Shown here in pieces: positions 56,635 to 64,000 of a stretch of 64,000 nucleotides of DNA (positions within the stretch are counted from its first letter, which is position 1; the number at the start of each line of letters is the position of its first letter). Both the position numbers and the translations under genes were made by a program. The notes beneath the pieces were generated by a model that was not told where the DNA came from, did not search any database, and saw only the letters and a program-made list of their open reading frames with translations. Source of the stretch: an uncultured Oscillospiraceae bacterium (GTDB lineage Bacteria; Bacillota; Clostridia; Oscillospirales; Oscillospiraceae); contig CATLFX010000008.1 of the NCBI GenBank assembly GCA_949935795.1, positions 8,014 to 72,013 on the forward strand, written 5' to 3'.

Positions 56635-56673
56635 AAACAATTGTTTGACAAATCAGAACACGTGGTGTATACT
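56635..56673 (+). promoter_or_regulatory. dinB promoter with LexA-like (SOS) box
   Basis: TTGACA(56645)-17-TATACT(56668); palindrome AAAC-AATT-GTTT overlapping the -35, plus a GAAC half-site in the spacer. Confidence 0.65.
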
Positions 56674-56694
56674 ATCCCCAAAGGGGGGACCGCT

Positions 56695-57924
56695 ATGGAC
56701 CGGGTCATCTATCACTGCGACTGCAACAGCTTTTACTGCTCGGTGGAGCTGCTGTCCCACCCGGAGCTTCGGGCCGTCCCCACGGCGGTGTGCGGCGACC
56801 CCAAAAGCCGCCACGGCATCATCCTGGCCAAGAACGAGTCCGCCAAGCGGTTTGGCGTACGCACGGCGGAGACCATCTGGCAGGCGCGCCAGAAGTGCCC
56901 GGACCTGACCCTGCTCCCCGCCCACCACGGCCTGTACCGGGAGTACTCCAAAAAGGTCAACGCCATATACGACCGCTTCACCGACCTCATCGAGCCCTTC
57001 GGCATCGATGAGAGCTGGCTGGACGTGACCGGGTCCCTCCACCTGTTCGGCGGCGACCCCCGCGCCCTGGCCGACCGCATCCGGAACACCGTCCGGGAGG
57101 AGCTGGGGCTGACCATTTCCGTGGGGGTGTCCTTCAACAAGGTGTTCGCAAAGCTGGGCAGCGACTACAAAAAGCCGGACGCCACCACCGTCATTTCCCG
57201 GGGCAATTTCCAACAAATCGTCTGGCCCCTGCCCGTCACCGACCTGCTGTTCGTGGGCCGGGCGGCGGCCAAGGTGCTGAACCAGTACGGCGTGTCCACC
57301 ATTGGGGAGCTGGCCGCCTTTGACCGGAAGGCCCTTGTGGAGCTGCTGGGCAAGCAGGGCGGGCAGCTGTGGGAGTACGCCAACGGCCTGGAGCACAGCC
57401 CCGTGGCCCCGGCGGGGACGTACACGCCCCCCAAATCCGTGGGCAATGGGGAGACCTTCTCCCGCAACCTCACCTGCCGGGACGAGGTGAGCCGGGGGGT
57501 ATCCATGCTGGCCGACCAGGTGGCGGTGCGGCTGAGAAAGCACGGCATGAAGGCCGCCACCCTCCAGGTCACCATCCGGGACCCCAAATTCAAGGACATC
57601 TGCCGCCAGCGGCCCCTGGACGCCCCCACCAACACCGCCCGGGAGCTGTACCAGGCCGCCATGGACATCCTGACCCGCAGCTGGACCGCCGGGGCCCCCA
57701 TCCGGGCCATCACCCTCACCGCCCACAACCTGATCCCGGAGGAGGACGCCGCGGTACAGCTGGACCTGTTCCAGTCTGCCGCCCCCCAGAGGCGGGACAA
57801 GGTGGAGAAGCTGGAGCGGACCATGGACGCCATCCGCTCCAAGTACGGGCGGGAGGCGGTGACGGTGGCGGCCCTCACCCGGTCCCCGGAGCCCCAGGAG
57901 GACCCGGAGGACCTGCCATTCTAA
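56695..57924 (+). CDS. dinB: DNA polymerase IV
   Basis: HCDCNSFYCSVE, EPFGIDESWLD, SVGVSFNKVFAKLGSDYKKPD, little-finger domain, QLDLF clamp-binding motif. Confidence 0.93.
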   Translation: MDRVIYHCDCNSFYCSVELLSHPELRAVPTAVCGDPKSRHGIILAKNESAKRFGVRTAETIWQARQKCPDLTLLPAHHGLYREYSKKVNAIYDRFTDLIEPFGIDESWLDVTGSLHLFGGDPRALADRIRNTVREELGLTISVGVSFNKVFAKLGSDYKKPDATTVISRGNFQQIVWPLPVTDLLFVGRAAAKVLNQYGVSTIGELAAFDRKALVELLGKQGGQLWEYANGLEHSPVAPAGTYTPPKSVGNGETFSRNLTCRDEVSRGVSMLADQVAVRLRKHGMKAATLQVTIRDPKFKDICRQRPLDAPTNTARELYQAAMDILTRSWTAGAPIRAITLTAHNLIPEEDAAVQLDLFQSAAPQRRDKVEKLERTMDAIRSKYGREAVTVAALTRSPEPQEDPEDLPF

Positions 57925-57930
57925 ATTGAA

Positions 57931-57963
57931 ATAAGAGCCCGCCCAGGCCGGGCGGGCTCTTAT
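57931..57963. terminator. Bidirectional terminator between dinB and upp
   Basis: ATAAGAGCCCGCCC-AGGCC-GGGCGGGCTCTTAT. Confidence 0.75.
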
Positions 57964-57986
57964 CTTGCCTCACGCTTTATTCTGCC

Positions 57987-58619
57987 TCACTTTGTGCCGA
58001 AAATGCGGTCGCCCGCGTCTCCCAGGCCGGGAACGATGTAGCTGCGCTCGTTCAGCCCCCGGTCGATGGCCCCGCAGTAGATGTCCACGTCGGGGTGGGC
58101 GGAGGTCACCACCTCAATGCCCTTGGGGGCGGCTACCAGCACCATGAGCTTGATGTTCTGGCAGCCGTAGCCCTTCATGATCTGGATGGCGGCGTCGGCG
58201 CTGCCGCCGGTGGCCAGCATGGGGTCCACTATGAGCACGTCCCGCTCGGCCACGTCCCGGGGCATCTTGCAGAAGTACTGCACCGGCGCCATGGTCTCCT
58301 CGTCCCGGTACATGCCCAGGTGGCCCACCCGGGCGGAGGGCACCATCCGCAGCACGCCCTCCACCAGGCCCAGCCCGGCCCGGAGAATGGGCACCACGGC
58401 AAACTTCTTGCCCTGGAGGATGGGGGCCTCCATCTCGCAGATGGGGGTCTCGATCTTTTTGGTGGTCAGGGGCAGGTCCCGGGTGGCCTCGTAGGTGAGC
58501 AGCATCCCGATCTCGGACACGATCTCCCGAAAGTCCTTGGTGGAGGTGTTCTTATCCCGCAGGATGGTGAGCTTGTGGGCCAGCAGGGGGTGGTCTACCA
58601 CGTGTACTTTCTCATTCAT
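57987..58619 (-). CDS. upp: Uracil phosphoribosyltransferase
   Basis: [42 protein letters not shown]. Confidence 0.97.
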   Translation of the reverse strand: MNEKVHVVDHPLLAHKLTILRDKNTSTKDFREIVSEIGMLLTYEATRDLPLTTKKIETPICEMEAPILQGKKFAVVPILRAGLGLVEGVLRMVPSARVGHLGMYRDEETMAPVQYFCKMPRDVAERDVLIVDPMLATGGSADAAIQIMKGYGCQNIKLMVLVAAPKGIEVVTSAHPDVDIYCGAIDRGLNERSYIVPGLGDAGDRIFGTK

Positions 58620-58841
58620 ATCGGCAGCTCCTTCGTATATGGATTGAACGGCGGGTGTTTGTCTGGGATATTATATCACATCCCCCCCGTCCTGCCAATG
58701 GCCGGAAGGGAAATTTTTCAGCCGCCGGGAGCGCCCCGCTGCCCCGGTTGGATGGGTTCTACAAAAAAAAGCCGTACTTTTTTACAAATTCGACGCTTGA
58801 AACAAAATACCAACTTTGCTATAATAAAGCTGGTGATTGAT

Positions 58842-59348
58842 ATGGTGTATGTCTGCGACAACTGCGGTGCTCTATTCAGCAGGGCCAGCAAACAGGACCA
58901 TTGCCCTGACTGCGGAAAGAGCTTGGTCCGCTCCGCTAACCCGGTGGAACAGCATGAGTACGCGTCCCATATGGCGGAACTGATCCGGGAAAACTGCTCG
59001 GATGTCCCCCAGTTCCCCAACATTGTGGAGACAGAGATCTCCATACTCAACTGCTTTGCCTTCAAGCTCCCCGCCACCGCCCTCCAGGTCGACAGCGGCA
59101 TGGTGGTGGAAATCACCGTGGAATTCGGCGAAAACGCCGCCGATCAGAACGATTTGACGGCAAACGTGTGGGCCCGGCAGGAGAACGGCATACGGATGGA
59201 CTTCCTCGTGTCCCTGCACCTGCCCGCACGCCAGAAGGAGCCGCTGAGGGAACAGCTCAGGCGCATTTTCGCGGCGCTGAATGAGAACCGGACCTTTCAA
59301 GCAAGGCTGCTGAACTTTGTCACGGCACAGATGAAGCATTATGATTGA
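58842..59348 (+). CDS. Hypothetical protein with N-terminal zinc ribbon
   Basis: YVCDNCG...HCPDCG; own promoter TTGAAA-17-TATAAT at 58797-58825. Confidence 0.7.
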   Translation: MVYVCDNCGALFSRASKQDHCPDCGKSLVRSANPVEQHEYASHMAELIRENCSDVPQFPNIVETEISILNCFAFKLPATALQVDSGMVVEITVEFGENAADQNDLTANVWARQENGIRMDFLVSLHLPARQKEPLREQLRRIFAALNENRTFQARLLNFVTAQMKHYD

Positions 59349-59432
59349 TCCGGCGGGGGGCGGCTCGGAAGAGCCGTCCCCCGAACTTTGTCCGGCCCAG
59401 GCGGCGGACGGGATGTGGTATATTGTTCCAGG

Positions 59433-59804
59433 CTACGCCTTCCACAGCCCGTGGAGGTCGCAGTATGCGTAGGCCGCCTCCACCTCGTCCGCGTCGCACA
59501 GGGCGAAGCTGGCCGCCGGGGCCCATCCCGGCCGCAGGACCTTGAACTGCCCGCCCTGCTTGGTCTGGAGGGCCACCCACTTGATGGAGTGCTCCTCCAT
59601 CATGGGGTGCTCCACCGAGCCCACGGACACGCTCACCCGGTTGCCCTCCACCCGGTAGACGGGCAGGTGCTTTTCCGCCGCTCCCTCGGCGGCGCCGGGG
59701 ACCAGCTCCTTCAGCGCCTCCCCGCAGCACTCCACGGAAGCGCTGCCGCCGGCCATGACGACCAGATTCCCGCAGCTCTTGCAGGTGTAAAATTTCAGTT
59801 CCAA
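59433..59804 (-). CDS. Desulfoferrodoxin / superoxide reductase
   Basis: Centre I CKSC...CC; centre II EKHLP, HPMMEEHSI, CDLHGLW. Confidence 0.93.
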   Translation of the reverse strand: MELKFYTCKSCGNLVVMAGGSASVECCGEALKELVPGAAEGAAEKHLPVYRVEGNRVSVSVGSVEHPMMEEHSIKWVALQTKQGGQFKVLRPGWAPAASFALCDADEVEAAYAYCDLHGLWKA

Positions 59805-59939
59805 ATTTGACCTACCTCCTTGCTGGCGCGGCCAGCCTTGATTGGTCTAGTTTGTCCAGCGGGAAGAAATTCATGCGGCTTGGACAGACAGGAGCGCCCC
59901 GCCGGCCGGCGGGGCGCTCCGGGGGAATTTTTAAAGGGC

Positions 59940-61664
59940 TCAGTCCTGGGCCTTCACAGCCTCGGTGCGCCAGATAAACTTCACCTGGCCGTCCATCTCG
60001 GGGCTGACACCGGAGAAGGAATTGTACCGCTCCGATACGGCCTTCACCGCGTCCACCCGGTCCATGAGGCCGCCCAGATCGCCGTCGAAAGCGTCCACCA
60101 GCTTCTGCACCCCCTGCTCATTGAACTCCTTCAGACCGTCGTTCAGCTCCATAGCTCCGTCCCGCAGCTGGGTCACGCCGTCGATGAGGGCGGGCGCGCT
60201 GTTCTGCATGGTGAGGATGCCGTCATAGAGCTGGCCCGCTCCGGCGCTCAGGCTGTCCGCGCCGTCCTTTACAGAACCGATGCCGGTGTTCAGCTCTCCC
60301 GCCCCTGCGGCGGACTGGGCCACCCCGGCAGTGTAGCTCTGGAGGCCCTGGTAAAACCCGTTGTAGCTGTCCAGGCTGGCTTTCAGCGCGGCCACCTGCT
60401 GTCCGGCGGGGGATTCCCCGGCGGAGGCGGCGACGCCCTCCAGCACCTGGGCGTAATTTTCCACCGTCAGCTCGGGGGCCTGCACCCCCGCCGCGGCCAG
60501 CTGGGTATTGGCGGTGGCCAGCAGGTTCTGGAACACCTGGGCCGCGCCGCCGTTCAGAGTTTCATTCTGCGCCGCCAGCTGGTCAAGGCCCTGGCTCAGG
60601 GCGGCGGCTCCGGCCTGGAGCTGGGAAGCGCCCGCGCTCAGGCCGTCCGCCCCCTGCTTGAGCTGAGCGGCTCCAGCCGCCAGCTTATCAATGCCGGATA
60701 CCAGCTCCTTGGAGCTGTCCAGCAGGGTGCACAGCCCGTCGTACAGTTTGGAAGAGCCGTCCATCAGCTGATCCATGGCATCGGTGAGTTCATCCAGCTT
60801 GCCGTCCAGCTCGTCCAGGCCGTCAAACTCTCCGGCCTCGTTGGCCGCGTCGTTGAACAGCCCGTTGGCGGCCAGGGTAACGGTGGTTTCCAGTTCGAAG
60901 CCCTCCACGTCGGCGGTGATCTCCACGTACTCGGGCAGGTCCAGGGTGTCCCGGTCCAGCCCCAGGCTGTCCTGGAGGCCGGGGAAGGCCAGCCCCGCCA
61001 CGATGGTGCGGTCCCCGTCGTTGACGATTTTGCCGTTGGACACGGACACGTTGGAGAACACGTCGTTGTCCAGCAGCACCCCGGTGAGCATGGCAAAGGG
61101 GACATAAATCTTTTCCTGTGTGCCGTTGAGGCTGACCATCTCATACTGGTTGTTGGCATAGTCGAAACGGATGGCCACCTTGCCGCTTTTTCCCGCCAGC
61201 TCCTCGGGGGAGATGGCCGTGCCGTCCAGGGTGTAGGACACCGCCACGCTCACGGGCAGCTCCTCCTCAATGGAGCCCTGGTAGTAGACGTCGTTTCCAT
61301 GGGCGTCCCACACGCAGGCGTCGTTCCCGCCCAGGGTATAGGTCTCGTCACCCTTCACGTTTTCGATGTCGGAGAGCCGGGTCACATCGTCGATAGAGTC
61401 CGCGCCCAGAGCGTTTTTCACCCAGTCGCTGACGATGATCTTTTCCACCGAGCCGTCGGCCCGGGCCAGGACGTACACGGTCTCGTCCTTCACGTTTTTT
61501 CCCCCGCCGGCGGGGGTGGTCTTGGTTGCGGTCTCCGCCGGGGCGGAGTCCGCGGGGGCGGAATCCCCCGGGTTGTTCAGGGCGTAGGCCGCGCCGCCCA
61601 GGCCGCTCAGGCCGAGCACCGCGCACAGGGTAAGGGACAGAACCTTTACAGCAGGCTTTTTCAT
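59940..61664 (-). CDS. Exported protein with X-X-X-Leu-X-X-Gly heptad repeats (YhgE/Pip-like region)
   Basis: Signal/anchor N-terminus; KDETVYV and ISPEELAGKSG domain; repeated LxxG heptads; start overlaps the MMPL stop. Confidence 0.75.
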   Translation of the reverse strand: MKKPAVKVLSLTLCAVLGLSGLGGAAYALNNPGDSAPADSAPAETATKTTPAGGGKNVKDETVYVLARADGSVEKIIVSDWVKNALGADSIDDVTRLSDIENVKGDETYTLGGNDACVWDAHGNDVYYQGSIEEELPVSVAVSYTLDGTAISPEELAGKSGKVAIRFDYANNQYEMVSLNGTQEKIYVPFAMLTGVLLDNDVFSNVSVSNGKIVNDGDRTIVAGLAFPGLQDSLGLDRDTLDLPEYVEITADVEGFELETTVTLAANGLFNDAANEAGEFDGLDELDGKLDELTDAMDQLMDGSSKLYDGLCTLLDSSKELVSGIDKLAAGAAQLKQGADGLSAGASQLQAGAAALSQGLDQLAAQNETLNGGAAQVFQNLLATANTQLAAAGVQAPELTVENYAQVLEGVAASAGESPAGQQVAALKASLDSYNGFYQGLQSYTAGVAQSAAGAGELNTGIGSVKDGADSLSAGAGQLYDGILTMQNSAPALIDGVTQLRDGAMELNDGLKEFNEQGVQKLVDAFDGDLGGLMDRVDAVKAVSERYNSFSGVSPEMDGQVKFIWRTEAVKAQD

Positions 61665-63766
61665 TTTACATAGACCTCCACGTTTGAAATTTCAGAGTGT
61701 TTGGACTGCTTCATACCCGCGGTGGTGGCGCAGATCAGCTTGTCGCACAGCAGCAGCAGGGCGGGCAGGATGAAGATGACAGCGGCCATGCTGATGACGG
61801 CCCCCCGGGCCATGAGCATGCACATGGAGCTGATGATGTCGATCTCGGAGTAGACGGCCACGCCGAAGGTGGCGGCGAACAGCCCCATGCCGGACACGAT
61901 GATGGATGGGATGGAGGCGGTGAGGGCGGTATGTACCGCCTTTTTCTTATCCGCGCCGTTGATACGCTCCGTTTTATAACGAGTCGTCATCAGGATGGCG
62001 TAGTCCACCGTGGCGCCCAGCTGAATGGTGCTGATGCAGATGGGGGCGATGAAGGGCAGGCTCTGGCCCAGGTAGTGGGGCAGGCCCAGGTTGACGAAAA
62101 TAGCCGCCTCGATGACCGCGATGAGGATGAAGGGCAGGGTGAAGCTCTTCTCCACCAGCGCGATGATGAGGAAGATGGCAATGATGGACACGGCGTTGAC
62201 CATTTTGAAGTCGTGGTCGGTGGTCTGGATCATGTCCTTCATGCAGGGGGCCTCGCCGATGAGCATTCCGCCCTGGTCATATTTTTTCAGGATGTCGTTG
62301 AGCTCCCCGATCTGGGCGTTCACCGCGTCGCTGGCCACCTTGTACTCGGAGTTGATGAGCAGCAGCCGCCAGTTGCCGCTTTTCAGCTTTTCCGTGACGG
62401 AGGCGGGCAGGAACTCCTCCGGCACCCGGGAGCCCACCACGGACTCCATGCCCAGCACGTACTTCACGCCGTCCACCTGTTCCATCTCCCGGGTCATGGC
62501 CCGCACGTCCTTGGAGGGCAGGTCCGCGTCCACCAGCAGCATATGGGTGGAGGCGATGTTGAAGTCGTCCCGGAGCTTGCCCTCGGCAATGACGTATTCC
62601 ATATCCTTGGGCAGGCACTGGCCCATGTCGTAGTACACCTCGCCGTTAGCTCTGTTATAGCCGTAGAGGGCCGGGGGCACGATGAAGGCAAAGATCACGA
62701 TAAATACAGGGAAGACCTTTACCACGCCGCCAGCCAATTTGCCCATATTGGGGATGAGGGAGCGGTGGCGGGTCTTTTGCAGGGGCTTGTCGAACACCAG
62801 GATGAGGGCGGGCAGCACGGTGACGCAGCCCAGCACGCCCAGCAGGACCCCCTTGGCCATGACGATGCCCAGATCGCGGCCCATGGTGAAGGACATGAAG
62901 CACAGGGCGATGAACCCGGCCACGGTGGTGATGGAGGAACCCAGCACGGAGGTCAGGGTGGCCTGGATGGCGCGGGCCATGGCCTCCTTGTTGTCCTCAT
63001 AGAGCCCGCGCTGCTCGTTGTAGCTGTTCCACAGGAAGATGGAGTAGTCCATAGTGACGGCCAATTGCAGCACGGCGGACAGGGCCTTGGTGATGTAGGA
63101 GATCTCTCCCAGGAAGTAGTTGGAGCCCAGGTTCATGAGAATCATCATACCGATGCTGGCCAGGAACACGAAGGGCACCAGCCAGCTGTCCAGCAGGAGC
63201 AGCATGGCCGCGCAGGCCAGGGCCACGGCGATGCCCACATAGATGGGCTCCTCCACCTCGCACAGGTCCTTCAGGTCGGTGACCAGGGCGGACATGCCGG
63301 ACACGAAGCACCGCTCTCCGGCGATGGATCGGATCTCCCGGATGGCGTCCATGGTCAGATCGGAGGAGGTGGATGTGTCGAAAAACACCGCCATCATGGT
63401 GGCGTTTTCGGTGTTGAAGGCGTCATAGAGCCTGTCGGGCAGCAGCTCCATGGGAACCGAGACATCCATCAGGCTGTCGTACCACAGCACGGTGTCCACG
63501 TGGTCCACCCGCTCCACCTGCTTTTTCAGGGCGGCGGCGTCTTTGGCGGGCATATCCTCCAGGATGAGGAAGGAGAAGGCCCCCTTGTGGAAGTCGTCCA
63601 GCAGCTCGTTCTGGCCGATGACGGTATCCATGTCCTCGGGCAGGTAGTTGAGCATGTCGTAATTGACCCTGGTGGCCGCCATGCCCAGCACCGACGGGAT
63701 CAGGAGCAGCAGGGCGCAGATCAGGATGGGGACGCGGCACTTGACCACCGCTTTGGAAAATTTCAT
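61661..63766 (-). CDS. MMPL/RND superfamily transporter
   Basis: Two repeats with TM4/TM10 motifs QLAVTMDYSIFL and QLGATVDYAILM. Confidence 0.9.
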   Translation of the reverse strand: MKFSKAVVKCRVPILICALLLLIPSVLGMAATRVNYDMLNYLPEDMDTVIGQNELLDDFHKGAFSFLILEDMPAKDAAALKKQVERVDHVDTVLWYDSLMDVSVPMELLPDRLYDAFNTENATMMAVFFDTSTSSDLTMDAIREIRSIAGERCFVSGMSALVTDLKDLCEVEEPIYVGIAVALACAAMLLLLDSWLVPFVFLASIGMMILMNLGSNYFLGEISYITKALSAVLQLAVTMDYSIFLWNSYNEQRGLYEDNKEAMARAIQATLTSVLGSSITTVAGFIALCFMSFTMGRDLGIVMAKGVLLGVLGCVTVLPALILVFDKPLQKTRHRSLIPNMGKLAGGVVKVFPVFIVIFAFIVPPALYGYNRANGEVYYDMGQCLPKDMEYVIAEGKLRDDFNIASTHMLLVDADLPSKDVRAMTREMEQVDGVKYVLGMESVVGSRVPEEFLPASVTEKLKSGNWRLLLINSEYKVASDAVNAQIGELNDILKKYDQGGMLIGEAPCMKDMIQTTDHDFKMVNAVSIIAIFLIIALVEKSFTLPFILIAVIEAAIFVNLGLPHYLGQSLPFIAPICISTIQLGATVDYAILMTTRYKTERINGADKKKAVHTALTASIPSIIVSGMGLFAATFGVAVYSEIDIISSMCMLMARGAVISMAAVIFILPALLLLCDKLICATTAGMKQSKHSEISNVEVYVK

Positions 63767-63789
63767 AGCTTCATACGTCCTTTCACAGT

Positions 63790-64000
63790 TTACAATGTTT
63801 CTTCTTCCACCTCGTAGGAGGTGACCTCAATGACGTCGGGCCGCTGGTGGCTCACGATCTTCACCGTGCTCACCGCCACACAGAGGTTCAAAATCCCCTC
63901 TGCCAGCAGGGCGGCCCCCAGCAGGATGGTCAGCAGCCTGACGCTGTCCCAGGGCCGGAACACCAGGGCCAGCCCCACCCCCACCGTGGCGATGGCCAGT
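63790..64000 (-). CDS. HdeD/DUF308-like membrane protein (C-terminal part only)
   Basis: GVGLALVFRP...LTILLGAALLAEGI hydrophobic hairpin; runs off the window edge. Confidence 0.55.
   Translation of the reverse strand, partial: LAIATVGVGLALVFRPWDSVRLLTILLGAALLAEGILNLCVAVSTVKIVSHQRPDVIEVTSYEVEEETL

Overview
High-GC Firmicutes chromosome window; gene content and style suggest an Oscillospiraceae-like gut anaerobe (inference). No prophage, IS transposase, CRISPR, tRNA or rRNA was seen. Two large catabolic loci dominate. (1) A pectin/galacturonate locus (~7.1-28 kb): CE8, GH28, GH105, an esterase, a TIM-barrel isomerase, uxaA/uxaB, a LacI regulator, and a sugar ABC importer with two ATPases and five uncharacterised membrane proteins interleaved. 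(2) An anaerobic purine/urate degradation cluster (~36.9-55.8 kb): NCS2 permease, ssnA, ygfK, Se-dependent xdh, dpaL/ygeX, ygeY, ygeW, carbamate kinase, hydantoinase and a MocA-like gene, with a type II ABC importer inserted after xdh. Housekeeping and other genes fill the rest: trkA, patB, pyrE, radC, an RlmL-like methylase, nfeD/SPFH, ECF sigma/anti-sigma, dinB, upp, superoxide reductase and an MMPL module. The best leads are the multi-subunit pectin ABC importer, the possible molybdate importer in the purine cluster, a dispersed two-hairpin DNA repeat with compensatory changes, and a 67-bp tandem repeat ending in a MerR-type promoter. All product calls come from motif recognition by eye, with no database search.
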